A stretch of 45,983 nucleotides of DNA from Thermoproteota archaeon (GTDB lineage Archaea; Korarchaeota; Korarchaeia; B14-G2). Positions 35,857-45,607 of this stretch are shown in pieces; within the stretch, counting starts at the first letter, position 1, and each line of letters starts with the position of its first letter. The stretch lies in NCBI GenBank assembly GCA_037917675.1, contig JAVCBW010000014.1:1-45983 (forward strand), written 5' to 3'. The translations under genes and the position numbers were made by a program. The notes beneath the pieces were generated by a model. That model ran no database searches, was not told the origin of the DNA, and was given only the letters and a program-made list of their open reading frames with translations.

Positions 35857-37707
35857 TTAGATCCCTATGAGAGCTGTTGCTCTCCTTCTGAGGATGAGGT
35901 TTGCTCCAACTATCATAGCTAGCTGCAGCATCATTAGCATGAAGCCTAGGGCTGCAGGCTGGAATACTCCTCCAGCTAGCCCCTTAAACAGCATGTCATA
36001 CATCTTCCAGGTCATGGGAGCCGTCTTGTGGTTTGCATCTCCTATCACTATGCCAGTGCTGACCTCTGACATGCAGTAGATGAATGATAGCATCCCTCCA
36101 GCTAGTATGTTTAAGGCTACAAGTGGGGCTGCTATGGTGAAGAATACCCTTGCCCTACTTGCTCCGAGGTTGAGTGCAGCCTCCTCTAGAGCTACGTCAG
36201 TCTGCTCCAGGCCAGAGTAGACGGATCTCACTGTAAATGTGATCTTCCTGACAGTGTAGGCTGCTATCAGCAGCGGAGCCCCGCTCTTGAGTGGTGAGAG
36301 CGGCGTCATCAAGTATACTAGGAACAGGCCTGTAGCTATAACTATCCCTGGGATCGCTATAGGGACTGTCACCAGCACGTCGACTAGCATCATCCAGACC
36401 CCTCTCTTCCTAGAGACCAGGTAGGCTGCGCTCACACCTAAGATGACTATCAGAGCTGTCGCCATAGCAGAGTAGCTGAGGCTGTTTACTATCGTGTTCA
36501 TGACCTCAGGGTCACCTAGGGTAGCTCTGAAGTTCCTCAGGGTGAAGTATGCTGGCAGCAGTGTCCCACCCCACTCTCCAGCGAAGGCTAGCAGAGCTAC
36601 TCCAGCATGAGGTAGGGTTGCGAAGAAGAGCATGGTGAGGCAGCAGACATATATGAGAGCTGCTGCAGCAGCTCTTATGCTCCTCCTTCGAGGCCTCCAT
36701 ACTCCTCCTCTGCTCAGCATAGCATATCTCTTTAGGCTCACATACTTCCTCACGCCTAGAAAGACGACAACAGAGAACGCTAGGAGCATTAAAGCCAGCG
36801 TAGTTGCCTCCTGTGATATCAAGCCTGCTGGGGTGAACATCCTAGTAAATATCTGGAATGTAAGAAGCTTCTCAGCTCTAGTCCCTCTGAAGACTATAGG
36901 TGTCCCGAGGTCTTCTAGGCTCAGTATGAACACCATGAGAGCTCCAGCTTCCATGCCAGGCGTCGCTAAAGGCATCGTTACTGTCCTGAAGAGCCTGAAG
37001 CCATATGCTCCCATGTTCTCAGCTTGCTCCTCTAGCGTAGGATCTATGCTTATCAGTGCAGTATATGTGTTCAGCAGGACTATAGGGTAGAATATGAGGG
37101 TCTGGACTGCTACAACAGCTGCTAGCCCAGTGAACTCGACTTTGAAGGGTAGTATGCCTAGTATGTCATGGAAGAGGGTGTTGAGCACGCCGTCTGCAGT
37201 TATCATCTTCTTTAAGCCTATTGCTCCAACAAATGGAGTTGAGAGAAGGGGGACTAGCAGGAGTATCCTAAGGGCCTCGCAGCCAGGGAACCTGTATCTA
37301 GCAAACAGGAAGGCTAGGACAGAGCCTAGGGCAGTTGAGAGGATGGCTGTGAGCCCAGCTACAATCAGCGAGTTCGGGATGACACCTAGATCCCATCCCT
37401 GCACATAGACTATCTTCACCTTCTCTCCAGCTGGTGTAGTGTACTCTATGCTCCTATAGAAGTCGAGTGATGCCCCGCTGAGCTTGATGTAGGGTGGCTT
37501 ATTGGAGATGTCTACTGGAAGATAGAAGTTGTCTGAGAGCACGAACCTGAACCAGTGGAGGCTAGGCCTCCCACCATAGGTGAAGGCCTTCAGTGTCACT
37601 GCTCCAAGTGGAGTGAGAAGGAACAGGGTGAAGAAGAGGACTATGGACGTGAATTGGGTCCAGGACAGCCTATCCATCTGCCAGATGAGCTCTCTCAGCC
37701 CCATCAT
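35857..37707 (-). CDS. Fe3+/thiamine-type ABC transporter permease (double domain)
   Basis: Two EAA loops (LEEQAENMGA, LEEAALNLGA) and ~12 TM helices. Confidence 0.92.
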   Translation of the reverse strand: MMGLRELIWQMDRLSWTQFTSIVLFFTLFLLTPLGAVTLKAFTYGGRPSLHWFRFVLSDNFYLPVDISNKPPYIKLSGASLDFYRSIEYTTPAGEKVKIVYVQGWDLGVIPNSLIVAGLTAILSTALGSVLAFLFARYRFPGCEALRILLLVPLLSTPFVGAIGLKKMITADGVLNTLFHDILGILPFKVEFTGLAAVVAVQTLIFYPIVLLNTYTALISIDPTLEEQAENMGAYGFRLFRTVTMPLATPGMEAGALMVFILSLEDLGTPIVFRGTRAEKLLTFQIFTRMFTPAGLISQEATTLALMLLAFSVVVFLGVRKYVSLKRYAMLSRGGVWRPRRRSIRAAAAALIYVCCLTMLFFATLPHAGVALLAFAGEWGGTLLPAYFTLRNFRATLGDPEVMNTIVNSLSYSAMATALIVILGVSAAYLVSRKRGVWMMLVDVLVTVPIAIPGIVIATGLFLVYLMTPLSPLKSGAPLLIAAYTVRKITFTVRSVYSGLEQTDVALEEAALNLGASRARVFFTIAAPLVALNILAGGMLSFIYCMSEVSTGIVIGDANHKTAPMTWKMYDMLFKGLAGGVFQPAALGFMLMMLQLAMIVGANLILRRRATALIGI

Positions 37708-37708
37708 G

Positions 37709-39106
37709 CTACCCAGGTATCTTCTCTAAGAGCTCCATGTACTTCTCTCTAGCTGCATCCCTCCATATCTTCGTCATCTCACTTGCAAAAGCAGGGTCCC
37801 TGAGCTTGTCGTTTATTGAGGCAGCATACTCCTCTGTGAACTCATATTCAACTCCTCCCTGAACCCACTTGAGTGGAGCTCCCATCTCACACGCCAGCTT
37901 CTCAAACTCCTCCTCTGTTATCTTTCCCTCCCTATAGGCTTTGACCAGCTTGCTCCAGACCTCTACTAGCAGGTCATGCAGGTCAGCATAGACTGCGTCA
38001 AAGTAGTATCTCAAGGCTTCCTCTGTCTTCAAAGCTCTGTCGTCGTCGAATGGTATACCTATGTTCTCTACTGTAGCCCTATAGTTCTTGAGTAGGTCTG
38101 GTCTAGCCTTACCCTCAGGTGTGTCGAAGACATCTTCTCTCACAGGCATCCTGTTTATCCTCTTGTCAAGCCATATCTTCTGCCCCTCCTTGGAGAGGAT
38201 GAATCTTATGAAGGCTTGAGCAGCCTCCTTATGCTTGCTAGTCTTCAGGAGGGCTATAGGGTCTCCATTCACAATAGACTCGTTAAATGGGAGCACATAT
38301 TTTGTCCCTGGGAACTCTATCTCACTGGAGTACCCGTAGAAGTCTATTGCTATGCTGACAGCGACCTCACCGCTCTCAACTGCAGTCAGGGCCTCGACAG
38401 ACCCACCATAGGGCCTACCGTTTGCAGCTATTCTAGCTAAGAGAGCCCACCCCTCCTCCCAGCCGAACTTCTGCAGGATTATCTCATATATCCTAGTGTG
38501 TGATGTTGAGGTTGTAGGCCTAGCATAGGCTATCACAGGCTTAGGTAAGACTTTAGCAAACTCAACGCTTCCAAGATCCTCCCAGAGCTTAGGCTCAGGA
38601 AGCCCATACTTCTCTAGTATGTTATAGTTCACTATGAAGCCGAATGAGCTTATTGCTGCAGCAGCCCACACAGGTCTCCCCTGCTCATCATATCTGACCA
38701 TTGGGGCTCCACCAACTTCCTTTGGGAGCTCTCCTATGACTCTGAGGGCTTCTGGGTCTGTTATAGGCTCTAGGAGCCCCTCCCTGTTGAGCATGTCAAA
38801 TAGGGTGGGGCCTCCTCCCCAAGCTATGTCTATGTCTCCAAGCTTCCTTATCGTGCTGAGCCAGAGTGTCGGGTTCGGTCCCATGAACCTTATGTCCACG
38901 ACATTGTACTTCTTTGCTAGGTCACTCTTTAGGAACATCTCCTTGCTCACATGCCATATTGTAGTGCTATGCCTCGTTATGACTTTCAAGACTATGCCTC
39001 CAGCTGGAGGCTTCTCCTCCTTAGGTGGAGCTCTCAGCTTAACTGCAGCAAGCACGGCTCCAGCTAAGACTAAAGCTGCAACTACAGCAGCTATCAGCTT
39101 CCTCAC
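37709..39106 (-). CDS. ABC transporter substrate-binding protein (AfuA/Fe3+-type)
   Basis: DIAWGGGPTLF, ISSFGFIVN, PTTSTSHTRIYEIILQ, IDFYG, NGDPIALL. GTG 39106 follows an AGGTGA SD and gives an N-terminal anchor. Confidence 0.9.
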   Translation of the reverse strand: MRKLIAAVVAALVLAGAVLAAVKLRAPPKEEKPPAGGIVLKVITRHSTTIWHVSKEMFLKSDLAKKYNVVDIRFMGPNPTLWLSTIRKLGDIDIAWGGGPTLFDMLNREGLLEPITDPEALRVIGELPKEVGGAPMVRYDEQGRPVWAAAAISSFGFIVNYNILEKYGLPEPKLWEDLGSVEFAKVLPKPVIAYARPTTSTSHTRIYEIILQKFGWEEGWALLARIAANGRPYGGSVEALTAVESGEVAVSIAIDFYGYSSEIEFPGTKYVLPFNESIVNGDPIALLKTSKHKEAAQAFIRFILSKEGQKIWLDKRINRMPVREDVFDTPEGKARPDLLKNYRATVENIGIPFDDDRALKTEEALRYYFDAVYADLHDLLVEVWSKLVKAYREGKITEEEFEKLACEMGAPLKWVQGGVEYEFTEEYAASINDKLRDPAFASEMTKIWRDAAREKYMELLEKIPG

Positions 39107-39138
39107 ATAGGTCACCTGCAAAAAATTAGGCTGGGAGC

Positions 39139-40161
39139 CTACTTCCTCCTCCTGAGCAGGAGAGCTGCAGCTGCAACTACAACTACAACTACGATAGCTA
39201 TCACAGCGTAAGCAGTTATTGGAAGGCCAGCTTTCTCGACTGTGAGCCCCCATGCAAAAGCCTGCTTGACGAAGGTTGGCCCCTGGAGATCTACTCCATG
39301 GTACTTTGTGTTGAAGATGTTCCTGTCTCCTATGAGGCTCTCACCTGTAACAAGCACCTTGCTATAAAGGCCTCCACACTTTATCTTCTCTATTGCAGCT
39401 AGGACGAAGCTCCCAGTCTGCCCTACTGCTGTGGTCTTCGGGTCTACACCGTCGTGGCTCACTACAGTCCCCTTGTCTGTTGTAGCATAGAGCCAGGTTA
39501 CAGTCTCATACTTCTCATCAACCTGCTCAAATGGGACGAACTTACCGTTATCGAAGCCTACTACGAATGTTGGGCCATGGAACAAGACCTTTGGAGCTCC
39601 ACTAGTCATCTGAGCTGCCTCGCCTTCAGTATTATACCTCCCTGAAACCACCCTATAGCCTGCGCCAGCATTAGATTCAGGGTCCTCTACTGAGGCATAC
39701 TCTAGCCTGAGGTGGGATCCTATGGCTTCAAGAATCTTGTTTGGCTCACCTGACTTAAAGGATGTATCCTCTGGGTTCAGGTATGGCTCAACATAGTCGC
39801 TGTCAGCTCCAACCCACAGGAACTTCCCTCCCTGCTTAAACCACTCTGCTATGGCCTCTACTTCATCTGGCTTGAAAGCTCCCTTCTCATCTCTTAGCTT
39901 GCCTATCACGAGGGCATCTACGCCGCTCAAGGCCTCTTTGCTTATCCTGGAGAGCTTCCTGACGTCATATCCTGCTTCAGTCAGGTTTCCTATAAGCCAC
40001 TTAAGTAGCTTCTGGCTGGGATCTGATTCTATGTCCTTAACTCGCCCTGGTGTCAGGTCTATAGCTATAACCTTCCTCCGAGCTCCAGTAGAGGACACTA
40101 GAGGAGCTATCAGGATAGCTGTCAGGAGGATTGCAGCTAGCCTTCTCACCTCACTCACCAC
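39139..40161 (-). CDS. Secreted, C-terminally anchored protein (GldG/DUF4350 GATase-like fold)
   Basis: Signal peptide, DEVEAIAEWFKQGGKFLWVGADSDY, NKILEAIGSHLR, and a C-terminal TM helix ending RRRK. Confidence 0.7.
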   Translation of the reverse strand: MVSEVRRLAAILLTAILIAPLVSSTGARRKVIAIDLTPGRVKDIESDPSQKLLKWLIGNLTEAGYDVRKLSRISKEALSGVDALVIGKLRDEKGAFKPDEVEAIAEWFKQGGKFLWVGADSDYVEPYLNPEDTSFKSGEPNKILEAIGSHLRLEYASVEDPESNAGAGYRVVSGRYNTEGEAAQMTSGAPKVLFHGPTFVVGFDNGKFVPFEQVDEKYETVTWLYATTDKGTVVSHDGVDPKTTAVGQTGSFVLAAIEKIKCGGLYSKVLVTGESLIGDRNIFNTKYHGVDLQGPTFVKQAFAWGLTVEKAGLPITAYAVIAIVVVVVVAAAALLLRRRK

Positions 40162-40213
40162 GTCTCAAAAGCTACCGTTAAAAATATTTGGTGGACAACC
40201 TGACAGGGTTAGC

Positions 40214-40696
40214 ATGGAGGTGAAGAGGCCATTTAGGCTAGTTTGCATAGGAGGCACTTTCAGCCCACTACATGTAGGCCACCTTAAGCTCTTCAATATA
40301 GCATTCAAGCTAGGCGACAGAGTCCTTATAGGCTTGACCTCAGATGAGATGACGCGTGAAAAGGAGCTTTCATCGATGATAGACCCCTATACTGTTAGAG
40401 AGAGGAAGCTCAAAGAAGCTCTCGAGGAAAGAGGGTATACTGGGAGGTTTGAGATCACTAAGCTAAAGGACCCACTTGGCTCAGCAGCATATGTCAGGGA
40501 GCTTGAGGCCATAGTAGCCACGGAAGAGACTCTCCAGAACGCTCTTAAGATAAACAGGGAGAGGAGGAGGAGAGGGCTTGAGGAGCTTGTCATCGTGCTA
40601 GTCCCATATGCTAGAGATGAGCTGGGTAGGAGGATATCTTCAACGAGGATAAGGAGAGGAGAGATAGATGAGCAGGGTAGAGTCTGTCGTCGGTGA
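40214..40696 (+). CDS. coaD: Phosphopantetheine adenylyltransferase (archaeal type)
   Basis: GGTFSPLHVGH, IGLTSDE, IVATEET, INRERRRRGL, RISSTRIRRGEIDEQG. Confidence 0.92.
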   Translation: MEVKRPFRLVCIGGTFSPLHVGHLKLFNIAFKLGDRVLIGLTSDEMTREKELSSMIDPYTVRERKLKEALEERGYTGRFEITKLKDPLGSAAYVRELEAIVATEETLQNALKINRERRRRGLEELVIVLVPYARDELGRRISSTRIRRGEIDEQGRVCRR

Positions 40697-41063
40697 TGCA
40701 AACCTGCTGCCCTTTCAGAGGCTCAGCATTTGATCTAGTCGTAAGCACAGGCTCACTCCACCACTGGAAGAAGCCTCTACAGATGGCTGATGAGATCCAT
40801 AGAGTTTTGAAGAGGCGAGGGAGGCGCTGATATACGACTTCCAGGCAGGTGCTCCAGGGGTTGTTGTAGTCAAGAAGGCATGTGAGCATTGCTACAGCAA
40901 GATAATAGCCTTACTCACATACAACCTGATCAAGCTCCACTCATCGATAAGCCTCCAAGCTGCCATAGACATGCTAAGCGACCCTAGAAGCAGGTTTGAG
41001 GAGTACAGTATCGAGGGGTGCTGGCGCTCCTATCCTGTACTTGAGATCACCCTAAGTAAGTGA
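40674..41063 (+). pseudogene. Class I SAM methyltransferase (Methyltransf_11-like) remnant
   Basis: VVGDANLLPF / SAFDLVVSTGSLHHWKKPLQMADEIHRVLK / ALIYDF read across two frameshifts; motif I and the start are missing. Confidence 0.75.
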
Positions 41064-41294
41064 ATTCCAGCACAGTGAGCTCAAGCTTGTAGCCAAGAGC
41101 CCACAAGCTCTCCTTCTAGGAGCCTCATTGCCAGCTGAAAACCCGGTGAAGCCCATATCCTCAGAGGCTCTGGTCTATGCCAGCTAGCTTCCAGAGGCTC
41201 CTCTAAAGCAGCCAGCCTACTGCTTGGCTCACCTCCCTCTAAGCTGTCTGGAAACAATTTTAACTATTGAAGCCTGGGGGATGCTGGTGGTAGC

Positions 41295-43157
41295 TTGTTT
41301 AAGGGAGGCTGGACTGGGAGGATACTCAGAGTAGATCTGACAAGAGGGAAGCATGCTGTACAGGATCTGGATGGTGAGCTAGCTCGCAGCTTCATGGGTG
41401 GCCGAGGCTTAGCCGCCAAGATTCTATGGGATGAGCTTAAGCCTGGAACAGACCCCATCTCACCTGAGAACAAGCTTATACTAGCCACAGGCCCCCTCAC
41501 AGGCTTCGTTCTCCCGAGCAGCGGGAAGCTGGTGGTCGCATCGAAGTCTCCTCTGACAGGAGGATATGGTGACGGGAACATAGGGACTAGAGCAAGCTAC
41601 CAGATGAAGAAGGCAGGCTATGATGCCATAGTAGTAGAGGGTAGAGCCAGGGAGCCAGTGGTCCTAGTAGTGGAAGATGACGATGTCAAGTTTGAGAAGG
41701 CAGGTGCCCTCTGGGGCAAAGACACGTATACAGTGCAAGATGAGCTAGAGGAGAAGTATGGGAAGGAAGCTGGAGTCCTCATGGTAGGCCCTGGTGCAGA
41801 GAAGCTCATCAAGTTCGGTGTAGTCATCTCAGAGAAGGGTAGAGCAGGAGGGAGGCCTGGGATAGGCACTGTGATGGCGTCAAAGAACCTGAAGGCAGCT
41901 GTCATAATAGGGACAAGAGAGATACCAGCATACAACAGAGACGAGCTTAGGGAGCTTGCTGCAGAAGGCTACAAGGAGATAAAGGCTTCAGCAAACTACG
42001 ACTTCTGGGTAAGGCAGGGCACCATGGCTACGATAGAGTGGAGCCAGGAGAACAGCGTCCTCCCAAGCTATAACTTCAGAGAAGGCTGGTTTGAGAAGGC
42101 AGATGAGATAAGTGGCACAACCATGGAGAAAGTGTATAAGGTAGCTCAGAAGGGCTGCCCATTCTGCAACATGCAGTGTGGGAACATCTGTGAGATAAAG
42201 GAGGGGCCATATAAGGGGTGGAGGGTTGAGGTAGACTATGAGAACATAGCTATGCTAGGATCGAACCTCGGAATAGGCTCAATGGACTGGGCAATGACTC
42301 TAAACCTCTATGCTGACCTCCAGGGCATAGACACCATAACCTTAGGCTCAGTACTAGCTTTCACAGCTGAGCTCGTAGAGAAGAGGATTCTCCCAGAAGA
42401 CAAGCTAGGCTTGAAGCTGAAGTGGGGGGATGGTGAAGCTATGCTTCAGCTAGCTGAGATGATAGCTGAGAGGAAGGGCTTCGGAGAGAAGCTAGGGGAG
42501 GGTGTCAGGGCTGTATCGAAGGCCATAGGAGGAGAGTGGTTTGCAATGCACATCAAAGGCCTCGAGATCTCTGCCTATGACTGCCACGCTGCCCCAGGCA
42601 TGGCGCTTGCATTCGCGACCTCACCGATAGGAGCACACCATAAAGATGCCTGGTTCATAGCATGGGAGCTCAAGATAGGCAGAGACGTGATATCAAGAGA
42701 GAAAGTTGAGAGGCTACTTGAGATGCAGAGGATAAGAGGAGGCCTCTTCGAGGCAGCTGTAGCATGTAGGCTGCCATGGATCGAGCTAGGCTTCAGCCTT
42801 GAGTGGTACCCCAAGTACCTTAAGGCTGCAACAGGCCTAGACTATACTCTAAGGGACCTCTATGAGATGGCTGACAGGATATATGACCTAATAAGATGCT
42901 TCTGGGCTAGGGAGCATGGGGGCTGGAGCAGGGAAATGGACTACCCACCTGAAAGGTGGTTTAAGGAGCCTCTTACAAGAGGCCCGCTGGCAGGCTCAAA
43001 GCTGAGCAGAGAAGCCTATGACAAGCTCCTATCATGGTACTATGAGGCCAGAGGCTGGGATAGCAGAGGGCTGCCGAGGAAGCGTACTCTAAGGGAGAGA
43101 GGCTTAGGCCATGTAGCTGAGCAGCTTGAGGCACAGGGCATAAGGCTAGAGGAGTAG
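41295..43157 (+). CDS. for: Tungsten aldehyde:ferredoxin oxidoreductase, FOR-type
   Basis: KSPLTGGYGDGNIG, GRAGGRPG, CPFCNMQCG, DYENIAMLGSN, GAHHKDAW, ACRLPW; closely follows the formaldehyde:ferredoxin oxidoreductase pattern. Confidence 0.92.
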   Translation: MFKGGWTGRILRVDLTRGKHAVQDLDGELARSFMGGRGLAAKILWDELKPGTDPISPENKLILATGPLTGFVLPSSGKLVVASKSPLTGGYGDGNIGTRASYQMKKAGYDAIVVEGRAREPVVLVVEDDDVKFEKAGALWGKDTYTVQDELEEKYGKEAGVLMVGPGAEKLIKFGVVISEKGRAGGRPGIGTVMASKNLKAAVIIGTREIPAYNRDELRELAAEGYKEIKASANYDFWVRQGTMATIEWSQENSVLPSYNFREGWFEKADEISGTTMEKVYKVAQKGCPFCNMQCGNICEIKEGPYKGWRVEVDYENIAMLGSNLGIGSMDWAMTLNLYADLQGIDTITLGSVLAFTAELVEKRILPEDKLGLKLKWGDGEAMLQLAEMIAERKGFGEKLGEGVRAVSKAIGGEWFAMHIKGLEISAYDCHAAPGMALAFATSPIGAHHKDAWFIAWELKIGRDVISREKVERLLEMQRIRGGLFEAAVACRLPWIELGFSLEWYPKYLKAATGLDYTLRDLYEMADRIYDLIRCFWAREHGGWSREMDYPPERWFKEPLTRGPLAGSKLSREAYDKLLSWYYEARGWDSRGLPRKRTLRERGLGHVAEQLEAQGIRLEE

Positions 43158-43158
43158 C

Positions 43159-43410
43159 ATGCCTAGGCTCAGGTTCATAGGCAGGCTTAGAGAGATCCTG
43201 GGCTCAGAGCTTGAGCTGGAAGCTTCCTCACCTCTCACTCTATCTCAGATCTTAGAGAAGCTTCCCCAGGAGGCTAGGAGCCTCATCCTATCTGAAGACG
43301 GAGGCCTCAGGGTGATAGTTCTAGTCAACGAGAAGCCAGCTCAAGGCTTAAGCCATGTAATTGACCCACATGATGTAGTCAGGTTCATCCCCATCGTGAG
43401 TGGAGGCTAG
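43159..43410 (+). CDS. MoaD/ThiS/SAMP ubiquitin-like sulfur carrier
   Basis: IVLVNE..DVVRFIPIVSGG with C-terminal diglycine; 1 bp after the FOR gene. Confidence 0.9.
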   Translation: MPRLRFIGRLREILGSELELEASSPLTLSQILEKLPQEARSLILSEDGGLRVIVLVNEKPAQGLSHVIDPHDVVRFIPIVSGG

Positions 43411-43452
43411 CTGCACACAAGCTTTTAAAGCATCCTCAAGCTCCCCATCTAG

Positions 43453-44871
43453 GTGCCAGAGTTGAGCAAGCTAGCGAGCTCCATGCTCCTCCTCACACTA
43501 GCCCTCCTCACATCCACCATGATACCAGCATCAGAGCTTAATGCTCAGCCAAGCGTCAGCCTGCTTGATGTGAAAGCCCCCTCAGTCTTCCCCTGCAACC
43601 AGCCGCTTCCAGTATACATCAAGCTGAAAAACAACGACCCTACAGCAGTGAGAGTCCTCGTAGTATTACAGGTATCAGCTTACCTAAGCCCATACTGGTA
43701 TACCTCCTGCTACGTATACCTGCCACCCCTCTCAGTAAGGTCGATAACACTGACAGTACCCTGCCTTGCACCAGGCCCAAACAACCTCACAGTCTCAGTA
43801 TACTACCAGACAGACCTCCTAGACACAACAACCCTACAGGTGATAGGAGACTACTGCCCCTGCACATGCTGCCCCCCATGCTATCCACCTTGCTGCTATC
43901 CACCTTGCTGTCCTCCATGCTATCCATCATACTGGTGTTACTATCCATGCTGGTATGTGAGGTATACTATTGACCCTCCTTCAGAAGAGCCTTCTCCAAC
44001 TCCAACGCCAGCTGAGAGTGAGGAGCCTACAGCAGAATTCAAAGCTTATCTGGCGGCTGTCATAGCTCCAAGTGAGGTTGAGGTAGGTGAGGGCTTTACC
44101 ATAGAGGTGGCAGTTAAGGTGGAGGGTAGCTTAACTGGGAGCCTCGAGGTCAGAGCTCTAGGAGAGGGATTCGAGTTCACCCCTACTCTAGCTAAGGTAG
44201 CTTTAAGCGGCCAGACAGGGAGAGCCAAGATATATGGGAAGGCGCTGAGCGATAAAGCCCACCTGCTAGCAGTATATCTCCTACATGACAGGAAGCCGAT
44301 CGATGTCCAGCTTATGGCAGTCAGAGCAGTATCTCAACAGGCTCAGCAGGCTCAAGCTGAGCTAGCTGAGGTGAGCTCTGAGGAGCCTACCAGCTCTGAG
44401 GCATCTGAGGAGGCTCCAGATCTAGCTCAGCTCGAGCAGCCTAGCGAGGAAGCTGAGGAAAGTGGGCTAGCTGCCTCAAGGATATCATATATGCTCAAAT
44501 ACTCTGCTGAAGGAGCTCCCATGCTAGCGCTCCTGATAGAGAACATGGGGTCACAGCCACATACCTATGTCTTAGAGTGCATGAGTCAGGTTCAGCAGGC
44601 TACAGTACAGCCTGGAGTGAGCACCATGATGACAGTAATACTACCGAGAGAAGGAGGCATATGGAAGCTGACGGTGGATGGTGAGCTATACTCCCAGGGA
44701 GAGGTCCCTGCGATGCCAGCAGGCATACAGCTTCCTCAAGGCAGCCAGCTCTCCTCGCCTCTGAGGCTGAGAGGAGTCTACTACATGATTACGGCTGCAG
44801 CAGCCCTGCTATCAGCCTCTCTAGTAGCTCTGGCTCTAGCCTTGAGGAGGCCTGCACAAGCCTCCCAGTAG
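43453..44871 (+). CDS. Secreted membrane-anchored protein with Ig-like domains and a Cys/Pro/Tyr-rich segment
   Basis: Signal peptide, beta-rich domains, CPCTCCPPCYPPCCYPPCCPPCYPSYWCYYPC, acidic linkers and a C-terminal TM helix. Confidence 0.8.
   Translation: MPELSKLASSMLLLTLALLTSTMIPASELNAQPSVSLLDVKAPSVFPCNQPLPVYIKLKNNDPTAVRVLVVLQVSAYLSPYWYTSCYVYLPPLSVRSITLTVPCLAPGPNNLTVSVYYQTDLLDTTTLQVIGDYCPCTCCPPCYPPCCYPPCCPPCYPSYWCYYPCWYVRYTIDPPSEEPSPTPTPAESEEPTAEFKAYLAAVIAPSEVEVGEGFTIEVAVKVEGSLTGSLEVRALGEGFEFTPTLAKVALSGQTGRAKIYGKALSDKAHLLAVYLLHDRKPIDVQLMAVRAVSQQAQQAQAELAEVSSEEPTSSEASEEAPDLAQLEQPSEEAEESGLAASRISYMLKYSAEGAPMLALLIENMGSQPHTYVLECMSQVQQATVQPGVSTMMTVILPREGGIWKLTVDGELYSQGEVPAMPAGIQLPQGSQLSSPLRLRGVYYMITAAAALLSASLVALALALRRPAQASQ
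43867..43930 (+). repeat. Degenerate coding tandem repeat (TGC)1-2-TAT-CCA-CCT
   Basis: tgctatccacct tgctgctatccacct tgctgtcctcca tgctatcca. Confidence 0.7.
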
Positions 44872-45607
44872 CCCCCACTTCTTTCTCAGGCATCCAGCTG
44901 ACCGCCATCGCCCTCCTAGCTCCAGCTACCTCACTAAGCACTCTGCTAAGCACCCTGATCCTCTCCTCACTCAGTCCAGCATTCAAGTGCACCACTATCC
45001 TAAAGACTCCTATAGACTCAAGGTAGTCTGCCAGAGCCCTCTTCTCAACACAGCATACAGGAGTGCTCCAAGTATACTCCCTAGCTCTAGCTGCTATAAG
45101 CCTCCTTCCCTCAATGACATAGAGCCTACAGTGTATCCTGGTGAAGAGCTTAGACAGTGCTCTCGCTGCATCTAGACTCAGCCTCCACCTAGGAGGGCAG
45201 AAGCCCACAGGCCTAGGGAGCCCTGCTTCAGAGAGCTCTCTAAGCCCTGCTTCAGCAAGCTCTAGAGCCCTCCTATAGCCTACCGCGAACTCGAAGCCTC
45301 TATGCGTATACCCGTGAAGGCAAAGCTCAAAGCCTAGCTCCAGCAGCCTCCTAAGCTCCCCAGCTAGCTCAGGGCTATCCCTAAGGGGCTTAGAGCCATA
45401 GTGGCACGGGACAACCATCAGGAACACCCTGATCTCACCAGAGTACTCCAGCAGCACAGAGGAGAGCCTCCTCAAGGCCTCAACACCATACACAGGAGAC
45501 ACATCATGGACCTCAACCCATATCTCAGCTGGCTCACCCACAGCCTCCACATGGAAAACAGAAAACAAGACGAGTAGAGCAAGCAAAGTGCTCCTGAGCT
45601 TCAGCAT
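44789..45607 (-). CDS. DUF2334-like polysaccharide deacetylase family protein
   Basis: VEVHDVSP, LMVVP, ELCLHGYTH, GFCPPRW, RIVVH; N-terminal signal peptide. Confidence 0.78.
   Translation of the reverse strand: MLKLRSTLLALLVLFSVFHVEAVGEPAEIWVEVHDVSPVYGVEALRRLSSVLLEYSGEIRVFLMVVPCHYGSKPLRDSPELAGELRRLLELGFELCLHGYTHRGFEFAVGYRRALELAEAGLRELSEAGLPRPVGFCPPRWRLSLDAARALSKLFTRIHCRLYVIEGRRLIAARAREYTWSTPVCCVEKRALADYLESIGVFRIVVHLNAGLSEERIRVLSRVLSEVAGARRAMAVSWMPEKEVGATGRLVQASSRLEPELLERLIAGLLQP

Noticed and set aside
39107-39253. Cys-rich N-terminus (CSCSCSCS) of the ABC binding protein ORF
   Set aside because: It is an off-frame reading of the upstream gene's Val/Ala anchor; the true start is GTG 39106.
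39851-40213. Long N-terminal extension on coaD
   Set aside because: It is antisense to the 39139-40161 gene; PPAT similarity starts at ATG 40214.
1153-45175. Numerous Ser/Leu-rich ORFs antisense to recognisable genes (e.g. 6852-7319, 14390-14866, 36632-37090, 38634-39110)
   Set aside because: They are mirror frames produced by host codon bias, carry no motifs, and fully overlap confident genes.
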